Source of the DNA: Cyanobacteria bacterium P01_A01_bin.15
GTDB lineage: Bacteria; Cyanobacteriota; Cyanobacteriia; Phormidesmidales; Phormidesmidaceae
DNA: 64,000 nucleotides
NCBI GenBank assembly: GCA_039814735.1
Contig: JBCCAQ010000001.1
Location: 5,386 to 69,385, forward strand
Direction: 5' to 3'
Below the pieces are notes generated by a model. It was not told the origin of the DNA and did not search any database. It saw only the letters and a list, made by a program, of their open reading frames with translations. Numbering within the stretch: the first letter of the stretch is position 1; each line of letters begins with the position of its first letter. Shown one piece after another: positions 28,979 through 38,080 of the stretch. The translations under genes and the position numbers were made by a program.

Positions 28979-29127
28979 GTTTCCTAACCATAAAGCTGTC
29001 TATACAGACGGGAAAAACAAGAACGTATCAAGGTTGTCTCGATTCAGTATGCCTAGGATAGTTTAGAATGTGAACTTTCGTATTTTTTGTGAGTATCTCA
29101 GGATAGTAATTCTATAGTGTCCGGCTA

Positions 29128-29143
29128 TCTGTCTGTAGATAGA
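29128..29143 (-). promoter_or_regulatory. Palindromic box promoter for the DUF389 gene
   Basis: TCTGTC-TGTA-GATAGA; 22 bp, then TATCCT on the - strand. Confidence 0.75.
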
Positions 29144-29176
29144 GATAATGCTATCGAAAAAATGTTTTGTTGAGTC

Positions 29177-29192
29177 TCTTTCCAACGGTAGA
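29177..29192 (+). promoter_or_regulatory. Palindromic box promoter for csbD
   Basis: TCTTTC-CAAC-GGTAGA; 22 bp, then TAAATT. Confidence 0.75.
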
Positions 29193-29254
29193 TGAGGTGC
29201 TTAATTTGGTTTGCTAAATTAAATGTGTTCAGTTAGATAAAGGATATTTAACCC

Positions 29255-29437
29255 ATGGGTATTGAAGATAGAGCAAAAGCCACTGCCAAAAACGTCGAAG
29301 GTAAGGTCAAAGAAACCGTAGGCGACATTACCGGCGACAAATCCACTGAAATGGAAGGTAAGGCAGACCAGGTTGAGTCTTCTGCACAACACGCCAAAGA
29401 AGATCTCAAGGATGACGTTAAAAAAGCGATTGACTAG
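29255..29437 (+). CDS. csbD: CsbD family general stress protein
   Basis: EGKVKETVGDITGD...EGKADQV. Confidence 0.93.
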   Translation: MGIEDRAKATAKNVEGKVKETVGDITGDKSTEMEGKADQVESSAQHAKEDLKDDVKKAID

Positions 29438-29470
29438 TCAGGTCCTGTTCCTACTAACTCACTTTCCTTT

Positions 29471-29497
29471 AGGGGCTGCATCTGCGGCCCTTTTTTA
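29471..29497 (+). terminator. Intrinsic terminator after csbD
   Basis: GGGCTGCA-TC-TGCGGCCC followed by T7. Confidence 0.7.
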
Positions 29498-29512
29498 GTT
29501 GAATCCAGTCAC

Positions 29513-29551
29513 AGGATTGTGAGTTTCTTGGCCCAAGAAACTCACAATCCT
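29513..29551. repeat. Perfect 19-bp inverted repeat
   Basis: AGGATTGTGAGTTTCTTGG-C-CCAAGAAACTCACAATCCT. Confidence 0.85.
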
Positions 29552-29650
29552 TAAAGTATCCCCCCTTTTCCCCTTTCCCAACCAAGACCAATATTTTACC
29601 TACACACATTTCCAAACGCCCTTGTCTAAATCCCTAGGCACAGACACGCT

Positions 29651-29666
29651 TCTACCCACGGAGAGA
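29651..29666 (+). promoter_or_regulatory. Palindromic box promoter
   Basis: TCTACC-CACG-GAGAGA; 22 bp, then GACTAT. Confidence 0.65.
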
Positions 29667-29753
29667 TGAACCGATCAAAAATATGTGTGACTATTAACTT
29701 GCTGGTTAGCAGTGTATGTCTGGCTAGCATTGTTATATAGGAAGGACTTTACC

Positions 29754-30011
29754 ATGGATCCCCAGAACGCCGCCTCTGATACTTTTGATCGGGCTATTGT
29801 TCCTGCTGAAACTGCAGCTCGTAAAGAGCGTGAAGGCGATGCCTACAAGGAAACTCCTGATGATACTACAGACGCCGAAAGCATCGATACCACCGGAGGC
29901 TATACGGTAAGTAATGAAGGCTTAATTAACAACTATCCCGTTGAGCCTGAAATGTACGTTGAGACTCCAGGCGACCTGCGTCAGTCAGAAGGCGACCCAG
30001 CGGCTCAATAG
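29754..30011 (+). CDS. Small acidic hypothetical protein
   Basis: AAGGA RBS; DRAIVPAETAARKEREG...GYTVSNEGLINNYPVEPEMYVETPGDL; terminator at 30051-30089. Confidence 0.8.
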   Translation: MDPQNAASDTFDRAIVPAETAARKEREGDAYKETPDDTTDAESIDTTGGYTVSNEGLINNYPVEPEMYVETPGDLRQSEGDPAAQ

Positions 30012-30122
30012 CGCGCATGGGAGTTTTTCCCATCAGAAAAATCATCTTTTTAACAAACGGGGAACCTGAGCCAGGTTCCCCGTTTGTTATTTGACTTCAA
30101 TTTCTGTAATTTGTTGGATAAC

Positions 30123-30161
30123 TCTACCCGTGGGTCAATTTGATGTCATGCCTAGGAGAGA
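30123..30161 (+). promoter_or_regulatory. Tandem palindromic boxes (starts 23 bp apart)
   Basis: TCTACC-CGTG-GGTCAA 30123; TCATGC-CTAG-GAGAGA 30146, then 22 bp to TACACT. Confidence 0.7.
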
Positions 30162-30251
30162 AGCGATAGCGGAGGCATATTTTTACACTAGTTATCAGAC
30201 ATTATGACTCCCAAAATGATGTTGATTACGTTTGTTATGAGGAATTCTCCC

Positions 30252-30443
30252 ATGGCTAGTCAAAATAAAACTGAAACAACACCAGGACCTTCTGACGGTA
30301 AACAGACGCCTTTAGAAGAGACTTCTCGCCGGACCGGTGAGCAAGATACACCGTCAGATTCCTCTTCTGGTGCTGAGCCTGAAACTCCAACAGGTAACGA
30401 CAGTGTGCCGGGCGATCCCAACCAGGGAACTGAACCACGCTAG
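30252..30443 (+). CDS. Small hydrophilic, probably disordered protein
   Basis: GAGG RBS; 63 aa rich in S/T/P/G/D/E. Confidence 0.7.
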   Translation: MASQNKTETTPGPSDGKQTPLEETSRRTGEQDTPSDSSSGAEPETPTGNDSVPGDPNQGTEPR

Positions 30444-30545
30444 AAAAGACAGGGGAATCTTTTCCCCTCTGTCCAGTTAAAAAAAGGCTGTAGGTTGTTC
30501 TTCTAAACCTACAGCCTTCAATTGTATATATCCGTTTGGCGGGCG

Positions 30546-30725
30546 CTACTTCTTGACGTCAGGCACCACGTCCGGACGCTCTTTGCCTTCCCAGCCTGGC
30601 GGACGCTTTGAATTGTACCAGGCGATTGAGCCAATGGTAACGGCAGCGGCAAAGCCGACAGCAACTACCAGTCCTAGGGAGATGGAGTAGGGGGCAGCCT
30701 CGCTGACCTGAAGCAGAAGATTCAT
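30546..30725 (-). CDS. psb35: Psb35-like single-TM photosystem II assembly protein, absent from the ORF track
   Basis: Translated by hand: MNLLLQVSEAAPYSISLGLVVAVGFAAAVTIGSIAWYNSKRPPGWEGKERPDVVPDVKK (59 aa); GAGG RBS. Confidence 0.8.
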   Translation of the reverse strand: MNLLLQVSEAAPYSISLGLVVAVGFAAAVTIGSIAWYNSKRPPGWEGKERPDVVPDVKK

Positions 30726-30779
30726 ATTAACCTCGCTTTTTTACTATGGTTAGTGTACGAGGGGCGTTGTTGGTTGGCA

Positions 30780-30795
30780 TCTATCAGGGGATAGA
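30780..30795 (-). promoter_or_regulatory. Palindromic box promoter (perfect arms)
   Basis: TCTATC-AGGG-GATAGA; 22 bp, then TACACT on the - strand. Confidence 0.85.
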
Positions 30796-30802
30796 GGTGT
30801 TT

Positions 30803-30841
30803 GGGGAAAGGGAGAAAGGGAAAGGGAGAAAGGGAAAGGGG
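30803..30841 (+). repeat. Purine-rich short tandem repeat (STRR-like)
   Basis: GGGGAAAGGGAGAAAGGGAAAGGGAGAAAGGGAAAGGGG; similar tracts near 4032 and 7230. Confidence 0.6.
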
Positions 30842-30960
30842 CGAGGGGGCTTTGTTCAACTGCGAGCGGGTGGGTGGCGGCTTGTGGCTAAGTCTTTTGA
30901 CAGAGTGATTTTGGTTAGTCTTGCCGATAGATTGAAAGATGAACGTTTTTTTGCGATCGC

Positions 30961-32022
30961 ATGCCCCCATGCTCCACTGTCCTTTATCAAGATGCGGCGA
31001 ATTCAGCACAGATCGCTGGCTTGCGCTACGTCAGTGACAGCCAGCCCGGTATTCAACGCCGCCGCTGGGGACGAGGCTTTACCTACCTTGACCCGGACGG
31101 TAATCGCATTCAGGCCGGTGAGCAGCGTCGTTGGCTGACGTCGTTGGCTATTCCCCCCAACTGGGAAGATGTTTGGATCTGTCCTAACCCTAACGGTCAT
31201 CTGCAAGCAACCGGACGAGATGCCAGGGGACGAAAACAGTATCGCTACCATCCAGACTGGATTCAGCTACGTAATCAGCTCAAATTTGATCGTCTGATTC
31301 CCTTTGCTAAACAGCTGCCCGTTCTTAGACAGCGTGTCCGTCAGCAGCTGGGTGAAAAGCCCGCCCTTAATAGAACCACTGTGGTCGCGGCTATTGTGCA
31401 GCTGTTGGATAATACCCTGGCGCGCATTGGCAACGTGCACTACAGTCAGGTGAATGGTTCCTATGGTTTGACCACCCTACGCAAACGCCACGTCGACATT
31501 AGCAAAGACTGTTTAACCTTTCAGTTTCGCGGCAAGAGCGGTGTGGATCAAGAAATTGATCTGCAAAATCGCCGTCTAGCCAAGATTGTCAAACGGTGTC
31601 AGGATATTCCAGGCTATACGCTTTTTCAATATTTAGACCAGGATGGAGAACGTCAGACGGTGGATTCCGAAGATGTCAATCGCTATCTCCAGACAACGAT
31701 GGGAGACTCATTTACAGCCAAAGACTTTCGCACCTGGGGTGGAACGGTTGTTGCCTGCCGTTCGCTAGCACAGCCCGCTGAAGATAGTGGCAATCATATT
31801 ACTCGAGCGATTAAAGCGGCCGCGCAGCAGTTGGGGAATCGCCCCGCTACCTGCCGAAAATACTATATCCATCCTGCTGTTATTGAAGCCTATGAAAAAG
31901 GATGGCTGACGGATTGTTTTACAGATTCTTCCTCGGCGTTGCTGCCTGAGCTGACCGAGGATGAACAGTATGCCCTCAATGTGTTGAAGCATAAGCGGGC
32001 TGCTCTTTTAACGGCGGCCTAG
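30961..32022 (+). CDS. Bacterial DNA topoisomerase IB
   Basis: LAIPPNWEDVWIC, GHLQATGRDARGRKQYRYH, R.GN..Y, F.GKSG, AKDFRTW, catalytic Tyr region CRKYYIHP; box TAAGTC-TTTT-GACAGA at 30889, 23 bp to TAGATT. Confidence 0.93.
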   Translation: MPPCSTVLYQDAANSAQIAGLRYVSDSQPGIQRRRWGRGFTYLDPDGNRIQAGEQRRWLTSLAIPPNWEDVWICPNPNGHLQATGRDARGRKQYRYHPDWIQLRNQLKFDRLIPFAKQLPVLRQRVRQQLGEKPALNRTTVVAAIVQLLDNTLARIGNVHYSQVNGSYGLTTLRKRHVDISKDCLTFQFRGKSGVDQEIDLQNRRLAKIVKRCQDIPGYTLFQYLDQDGERQTVDSEDVNRYLQTTMGDSFTAKDFRTWGGTVVACRSLAQPAEDSGNHITRAIKAAAQQLGNRPATCRKYYIHPAVIEAYEKGWLTDCFTDSSSALLPELTEDEQYALNVLKHKRAALLTAA

Positions 32023-32029
32023 GCGCAAT

Positions 32030-32060
32030 AAAAAAGCCCCCTACGGGTAGGAGGCTTTTT
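32030..32060. terminator. Bidirectional intrinsic terminator
   Basis: AAAAAAGCCCCCTAC-GG-GTAGGAGGCTTTTT. Confidence 0.75.
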
Positions 32061-32079
32061 GGCCGAAAGCAGAAGGTGG

Positions 32080-32265
32080 TTAATACGCCTCACTACCCGC
32101 TTTCTCGTAGTGCTTAGCGATGGCCCAAACGGCGTGGATACTTCCAGGAATAAGACCCAGTAGAGTCAAGAGAATATTAATAATGAGGGTGGTGCTGATA
32201 CCATAGCTCAAAAATACTCCAACGGGAGGCAAGAACAGACCTAGCAGAAATCGTAGGATTTTCAT
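32080..32265 (-). CDS. Pmp3/YqaE proteolipid (UPF0057)
   Basis: LFLPPVGVFL..G....LIINILLTLLGLIPGSIHAVW; box TCCCCC-TATG-GAAATA at 32333, 22 bp to GATGAT. Confidence 0.92.
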   Translation of the reverse strand: MKILRFLLGLFLPPVGVFLSYGISTTLIINILLTLLGLIPGSIHAVWAIAKHYEKAGSEAY

Positions 32266-32507
32266 CGTTTGTTATCTCGTAATACTGTCAACGTGTTGAT
32301 TAAAATCATCTCGGCTACAGCTAAAAATCGCATCCCCCTATGGAAATATATGGCAGTCGTTTCCTCGCTGTGGCAAATAACTGCGGTAAAAAACATTGTA
32401 AATCTATGTAAACTGCGTTATGAAATCTATCTCAGTGCGGAGTTGGTATCTTCGTAAATTTGCAACTATGGCGTTGTAGATAAACTATTGAGGAAAAGAA
32501 AGTTAAA

Positions 32508-32879
32508 ATGCTTACGTCTTTATTATCCGGTTTAATCACGGCCTTGAGCCTTCTGGTAGTGGATTTGGCTATACCTGGCGTTGATATTGCCACATTTCCA
32601 GCTGCCTTGATTGCAGCGCTGTCCATTGCTGTTGTCAATACGCTTGTGCGGCCTGTTATTAGTCTGTTATCGCTGCCCCTAACCTTTATTACGTTTGGTT
32701 TATTCTCGTTTGTTGTTAACGGCATTTGTTTTTGGTTGGCGGCGGCATTTGTACCTGGTTTTAATGTTCAGGGTCTTTTAGGTACTATTCTTGGACCAGT
32801 TGCCCTTTCGTTTGTCAGCACTTTTCTTGGCAACTACTTTGCTCAGCGTTTCCCCTCAGTTCAGCAAGACCAGGCATAG
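32508..32879 (+). CDS. YvlD-like 4-TM membrane protein (phage holin superfamily IV)
   Basis: PGV....AALIAAL...VNTLVRPV..LLSLPL..ITFGLF..VVNG; box TCTATC-TCAG-TGCGGA at 32426, 22 bp to AACTAT. Confidence 0.88.
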   Translation: MLTSLLSGLITALSLLVVDLAIPGVDIATFPAALIAALSIAVVNTLVRPVISLLSLPLTFITFGLFSFVVNGICFWLAAAFVPGFNVQGLLGTILGPVALSFVSTFLGNYFAQRFPSVQQDQA

Positions 32880-33209
32880 AAAAATTGCTTCTACACGTTA
32901 TCAGTCCTCCGGTCCCTGTTGGTCCGGAGGACATTTTTTCTTTTATGGGTATAGATTAGGGCTTGTTAAAAATTAAACCCATGGGTTGATCCTGATGATT
33001 GTGCCTAACAGGGAACGGGATGACCTCGCCGCGATCCATTAGCTGCTCGTATGGTTAGTTGTATCGGGACAGAGATTTGATCTAAGCGTACTCTAGGGCG
33101 TGCGATCGCAACCGCCGCCGTCATCCTGCCAGCGGTTGAATTACGCCAAAGGCAGCCTTTTCCATGCTCTGGTGTCCGACCATTGTTTTCCGACTATTGG
33201 CTGTGGAGA

Positions 33210-33225
33210 TCAGCCTTTAGATAGA
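33210..33225 (+). promoter_or_regulatory. Palindromic box promoter
   Basis: TCAGCC-TTTA-GATAGA; 22 bp, then TATCTT. Confidence 0.7.
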
Positions 33226-33288
33226 CCCCTCCACCAACCCCAGCTGATATCTTACGCTTATCTGTTCTATTAATTTTTGTAAACAAAG

Positions 33289-33552
33289 GTGACGGCAACG
33301 GTGAAGTATCAGGTGGTGAATTGGGGACAGCTGTGCAAACGCCTCTTTTTTTGGCTGTCGGCTGAATTAATTTTGACCATTATGGGTGTGGATGATTTGA
33401 TTGACTACATTGAGTATCTGCGCACCCGTCAGCAGCTGGTGATTCTGGCCCAGCCGGTGTATGTAGACAGCCCGGAACGTGCAAAACAGGGTCTAAAACC
33501 GATGGTGGCACCATATCTTGAGGCGAGTGCCGTCGTGTCCCCGGCAGGATAG
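33289..33552 (+). CDS. Small hypothetical protein
   Basis: W..L......WLSAELILTIMGVDDLIDYIEYL pattern; directly downstream of a box promoter. Confidence 0.65.
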   Translation: MTATVKYQVVNWGQLCKRLFFWLSAELILTIMGVDDLIDYIEYLRTRQQLVILAQPVYVDSPERAKQGLKPMVAPYLEASAVVSPAG

Positions 33553-33651
33553 TCGTGGGGCTTTAGGGAGAAGATTTGGGTCTGGTATATTTTGTAGATA
33601 GCCTAGCTGAAAAATACCGGCTTAAAAGTATCGAGTTTGTAGAGCCAGTCT

Positions 33652-34547
33652 GTGATGAGTGATCCATTGGATACCCTATCTGCTCAAAATGCTATCTCTG
33701 AACGCTCTCTGCGGTTGGAGCAGGGGCTTACTCTCCACTACAGACACGACCGACCTGGTGCGTTAGCAGCCCCTGCAGGTCTCAGCCATCACCTATTGAC
33801 TTTTTTCCTAACTAGCAACAGTCGGCAGGTTACCCGCATCGATACCTGTGGAGAACATGATGGACAGATGGCCAGGGGCGAGTTTTATCTGTTTCCCGCT
33901 GAGATGTCTGGGCAAACCAGCTGGCACTCAGAAGATGAGACTTTTCATATTATGATCGCACCGGGGCTCCTGCGAAAAACGGCATTGGCAACCGACTGCG
34001 CCAACCCAGACAGGCTTGAGTTACTGCCCACTTTGAAGGGACGCGATCGCAAAATTGAAAACCTGGTGCAGCTAATGCTCTCAGAGTTGAATAATGGTGG
34101 CTTTGCCCAGGGGCTATATCTAGAGTCTTTGGGCTCCATACTGTGCATTCACCTACTGCGCCAATACTCCACGGTAAAGCCGATCATACGACAGAGCACA
34201 GGGGGACTAGCCCCGACAAAGCTGACCCATATTCTTGACTATATCCATGGGCACCTAGACCGCGATTTAAAGCTGGCAACCATAGCGCAACAGGTTGACC
34301 TTAGCCAATATTACTTTGCTAGCCAGTTTAAGCAGTCAATGGGCATGACGCCTCACCAGTACGTTAATCAGCAGCGCATAGAAAAGGCGAAGCGGCTCCT
34401 CAAGACAAAAAACTATCGATTAGTGAAATTGCCTTAGATTGCGGATTTTCGAGCCAGAGCCATTTGACTAAAGTGTTTCGCCACTACATAGGAACAACAC
34501 CCAAGGCCTACCGACTAGAAGTATGGGTACATAGCGGTGCTGGTTGA
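33652..34547 (+). pseudogene. AraC family regulator, frameshifted before the second HTH
   Basis: Frame 0 ends KRLLKTKNYRLVKLP*; after the A6 run at 34407-34412 the -1 frame continues LSISEIALDCGFSSQSHLTKVFRHYIGTTPKAYR to TGA 34547. Confidence 0.85.
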
Positions 34548-34671
34548 GCCCAATAGAAAATCGCAAGAATCGATCAAAAACAGCTTTTTTATAAAAGATA
34601 AAAATTTTCGCGACTGATAGCGTAGTGGTGCTGATTTTTTACGCCTTGAGAGAGGCGAGCAACGCTACCCT

Positions 34672-35070
34672 ATGCAATTTATAAATCCATCTACCCTTAA
34701 TGATCCCAGTTCCTATGGGTTTACCCAGATAGTTGCCATACCGGTTGGTACCTCCCTGGCCTATATCGCCGGTCAGGGGGGCGGTACTACTGATGGCCGT
34801 GGCTACTCAGATAGTTTCTCTGATCAGGTGGACCAGGCGTTTGCAAACCTGAGGACAGCGCTGGCGGCGGTGGGTGCTGCTCCGGAAGACGTCGTCAAAA
34901 TCACAGTTCTATCGGTAGATCACACTGACGAAAAACTGCGTTTAATTTCCGCTGCCCGCAACTCTTTTTGGCCCAATCAAAAGCCCGCGAGTACTCTTAT
35001 CCCGGTCCCAAGACTAGCCTCGGCTGGAATGCTGTTTGAGATTGATGCAATGACTGTTATTCCTCAGTAG
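34672..35070 (+). CDS. RidA/YjgF/UK114 family protein
   Basis: YIAGQGG, QVDQAFANLRTAL.A.GA..EDVVKI, PASTLIPV.RLA...LFEIDA. Confidence 0.88.
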   Translation: MQFINPSTLNDPSSYGFTQIVAIPVGTSLAYIAGQGGGTTDGRGYSDSFSDQVDQAFANLRTALAAVGAAPEDVVKITVLSVDHTDEKLRLISAARNSFWPNQKPASTLIPVPRLASAGMLFEIDAMTVIPQ

Positions 35071-35073
35071 GCC

Positions 35074-35934
35074 ATGAAAATAGCTTCGACTCGATTGACT
35101 AATGTTCTACTGACGGCTCTAGCGCCAATCTCTTGGGGAACAACCTACGCAGTGGCAACCGAATTTTTGCCGTCTGGGCATCCGCTGCTGGTGGCTTCAT
35201 TGAGATCGCTACCCATCGGTATTTTGCTAACGATTGGTTTGCGAAAACTTCCCAAGGGCATTTGGTGGTGGCGGATCTTGGTGTTGGGCGCTTTGAATAT
35301 CGGTATTTTCCAGGCGCTGCTTTTTGTGGCGGCCTATCGTCTGCCGGGGGGAGTGGCTGCGACAGCGGGGGCTATTCAGCCCTTACTGGTTGTCTTTTTT
35401 TCATGGCTGATCCTTGCCCAAAGCCCATCTAGACGCTCTGTTGTGGCGGCTGTTGCTGGTTTTATTGGGGTGGGACTGCTGGTACTGGGGCCTGGCGCAC
35501 AGTTAGATAATCTTGGGATTATGGCTGCGATCGCAGGGGCTGCCACCATGGGGTTAGGCACCGTGTTGGTCAAACGCTGGCCGCCTCCGGTATCGCTAAT
35601 TGTCTTTACCGCCTGGCAGCTTACGGTGGGTGGGCTTCTACTGCTACCCCTGGCGCTAGTCACCGAAGGCCCCTTTACCGAACTATCTAGAACCAACCTG
35701 TGGAGTTTTGTCTACCTCGGTCTGATTGGTACTGGTTTAGCCTACGCGCTTTGGTTTCGCGGTATCGGTCAACTCAAGGCTACGGCGGTTGCATCCCTGG
35801 GTTTGCTAAGTCCTGTTGTTGCCACCCTGATTGGATATGTTTTCTTACAGCAAACCTTTAGCTCGGTTCAGCTGGTGGGCACCGCCGTTATCCTAGGCAG
35901 TGTCCTAATTGGACAGCAGAGTAGCTCGTCGTAA
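35074..35934 (+). CDS. EamA/DMT transporter (PecM-like)
   Basis: LTALAPISWGTTY, AAYRLPGGVAAT, 10 TM. Confidence 0.9.
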   Translation: MKIASTRLTNVLLTALAPISWGTTYAVATEFLPSGHPLLVASLRSLPIGILLTIGLRKLPKGIWWWRILVLGALNIGIFQALLFVAAYRLPGGVAATAGAIQPLLVVFFSWLILAQSPSRRSVVAAVAGFIGVGLLVLGPGAQLDNLGIMAAIAGAATMGLGTVLVKRWPPPVSLIVFTAWQLTVGGLLLLPLALVTEGPFTELSRTNLWSFVYLGLIGTGLAYALWFRGIGQLKATAVASLGLLSPVVATLIGYVFLQQTFSSVQLVGTAVILGSVLIGQQSSSS

Positions 35935-35997
35935 GCTAACAGACTTTTGTCGAACGGGTAAACGTTCTTAAAATGTTGTTCTTTATGGCACAAAATT

Positions 35998-36037
35998 TCT
36001 GTCTTTTGATGGAGCTAATGTTCATAGCTTAGATAGA
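35998..36037 (+). promoter_or_regulatory. Tandem palindromic boxes (starts 24 bp apart)
   Basis: TCTGTC-TTTT-GATGGA 35998; TCATAG-CTTA-GATAGA 36022, then 22 bp to TAACCT. Confidence 0.75.
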
Positions 36038-36109
36038 TATTTGGAGCCGGGTAGATGACTAACCTGATCTTAAGAAAAAACCTCATATTTAAGATAAGGA
36101 AATTGTCTC

Positions 36110-36907
36110 ATGGCAGTTCAATTTAGTCACAGACCCCAATCCTTTAAAAGCCTTTTGGCGGGCGGTTTGGGTATTGCTTCGCTGATCGGTATTACCGCCT
36201 GCGCCCCCGAGCAAATTGATGCGGATACCCAGGAGGTCGATATCAATGTTGAAGAGGTCGCTGAGGAAACAGAAGCTTTAGAGGGGCAAGCCGTTGCCCT
36301 TCGCGGCGAGTTTCTGGCAGATATGGGTGAAACCGCATTTAAATTAAAAGAAGATACTCTTTTCCCAGATGACGATATTTTAGTCGTCAATGTCACCGGC
36401 AACGACTATGCCGTCCCTTCAGGAGAGGCAACGCCAATGTGGGTAACGGGCACCGTGGAAAAATTTGAGCGTGAAACAATGTCAGACAAATATGAGCTGA
36501 CCCTGGACCCCAATCTATACGAAGAGTTTGAAGGGCAGCCGGTCGTCGTTGCAAACTATATTGCCCTAGCGCCGGATCCCGAGGAGGTTTCAGAAAACCC
36601 AGAGGCGTTTTACGGTCAGCGAGTGGTGGTGGATGGTGAGGTAGAAACTATCTTTGCCCCCGATGCTTTTTCCCTAGAAAATGAACAGCTGTTTGATGGC
36701 ACTGGCCTCCTGGTTGTAGGTGCCGTTCCCGATCCGATCAAAGCAGGCCCTGCTTCTGTCTCTGGCGTTCTACAGACATTCTCACTGGCGGCCCTAGAGG
36801 CTGAATATGACATACTATGGGAACCCGAGCTGCGCGATACCCTGGTGGAAGCATATACCGGGCAGCCGTTTATCCTGGTTCAAGAGATATACCCATTTAC
36901 TGAATAG
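36110..36907 (+). CDS. Acidic lipoprotein with an internal two-domain duplication
   Basis: Lipobox ITAC; repeat G(Q.V...GE)...F.L....LF....ILVV...G.....F......Y...(L/W).P.L.....GQP. Confidence 0.8.
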   Translation: MAVQFSHRPQSFKSLLAGGLGIASLIGITACAPEQIDADTQEVDINVEEVAEETEALEGQAVALRGEFLADMGETAFKLKEDTLFPDDDILVVNVTGNDYAVPSGEATPMWVTGTVEKFERETMSDKYELTLDPNLYEEFEGQPVVVANYIALAPDPEEVSENPEAFYGQRVVVDGEVETIFAPDAFSLENEQLFDGTGLLVVGAVPDPIKAGPASVSGVLQTFSLAALEAEYDILWEPELRDTLVEAYTGQPFILVQEIYPFTE

Positions 36908-37075
36908 GTTGGCTGGGGGCATAGGGCTGCTCAGGGCTTGTTGAATATTAAGCTTATGGTTTAACCAGGAAGTTACGGTAGGGTCAAAGCGTAAATTAAA
37001 GTACCGATGTGTTAGGCGATAGCCGTAACGCATCGGTACTTTAATTTTTTGGCAGCTCCCCAAGTGTATACAAAC

Positions 37076-37112
37076 AAAAAAAGCCTAAGCTCGCCTGAGC
37101 TTAGGCTTTTTT
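37076..37112. terminator. Bidirectional intrinsic terminator
   Basis: AAAAAAAGCCTAAGCTC-GCCT-GAGCTTAGGCTTTTTT. Confidence 0.85.
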
Positions 37113-37180
37113 GCTTTTCACCATCAATAGCAGCACTAGCACGCCATAACAGCTATCCTGCGCCAGTTGACCACCACTGG

Positions 37181-37948
37181 TTAGGCGGTCACTTTCTCCT
37201 TCGACCAGACACCGTTTTCATCTTCGTCGTATCGCTGATGAATCTCGACCCAGGCAGCCTGTTCTGCCTTCGTTTCGTCGTCCGTATCGTCTAGCACGGC
37301 GTTGTAGTGCTCAATAAAGGTATTCTGAGCATCCTCAGAAAGGTGGGAGCGAATTTCAGGAGATAGATCGGTAACACCACCACAGCGTCCTGGGCAAGGA
37401 CGGGGCAGTGTGGTCTCGCTTAAATGAATCTCCTCTCCACCAGCGCTTTCGAGCAGAAGCTGATATGTACCAGATTTGTTGGCCGGTACTTCCGCCATCA
37501 GCAGAAATTCCCCAGCCTGTAGCCGTGTCTGGTAGATGGCTGCTTTTTCCTCAGGCATGCCTAGGGTGGACAGCGCAGATACGATACCAGCGCCAGCACT
37601 ACCGGCAATAGCACCGCTGGCGGCCCCTAGCAGGACTGCCCCGATAGGACCCCCAGCAACGACAGAACCAACAAAGGGAACAAACAATACCCCAACGCCG
37701 GTTAGCAGACTGAGAAAAGACCCAAACAGGGATCCAAAGGCCGCACCCGAGCGGAGTCCCCCCAAAATAACGTCCTTTTTAGTTATAAAGCCGGTAATGC
37801 GGGTCTCACTTTGGAAGTTACGTCCCATCACCGAAATGTGGTCTCTAGAAACATCGCGGTCAATCAAGCGACGGACAGCTTGGTCAACTTGGCTTTGCTC
37901 TTTGAAAACAGCCGTAAGGGTGCGTTCAGCAATATATGTGTCAGGCAT
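37181..37948 (-). CDS. General-stress membrane protein fused to a C-terminal ChaB domain
   Basis: Gly-rich hairpin ([18 protein letters not shown]; [22 protein letters not shown]), then [17 protein letters not shown]...YN...AEQAAW..I...Y. Confidence 0.85.
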   Translation of the reverse strand: MPDTYIAERTLTAVFKEQSQVDQAVRRLIDRDVSRDHISVMGRNFQSETRITGFITKKDVILGGLRSGAAFGSLFGSFLSLLTGVGVLFVPFVGSVVAGGPIGAVLLGAASGAIAGSAGAGIVSALSTLGMPEEKAAIYQTRLQAGEFLLMAEVPANKSGTYQLLLESAGGEEIHLSETTLPRPCPGRCGGVTDLSPEIRSHLSEDAQNTFIEHYNAVLDDTDDETKAEQAAWVEIHQRYDEDENGVWSKEKVTA

Positions 37949-38080
37949 AAAACCTCCTTTAGATTAACTCAGTAAAAATCCAGCCCGAAGAGGCTGGATT
38001 TTTATCTCAAACTTGTGTTTGTAGCCCTTGGATACTCCCGCTGCCGGGAAAATTCAGGGCTACCGGCTTAGGGGGCTACC

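Noticed and set aside
30961-32879. Prophage or integrative element (topoisomerase read as an integrase, plus a holin)
   Set aside because: The motifs are those of TopIB rather than a tyrosine integrase; the holin-family protein is the cellular YvlD type; no structural phage genes or att sites are visible.
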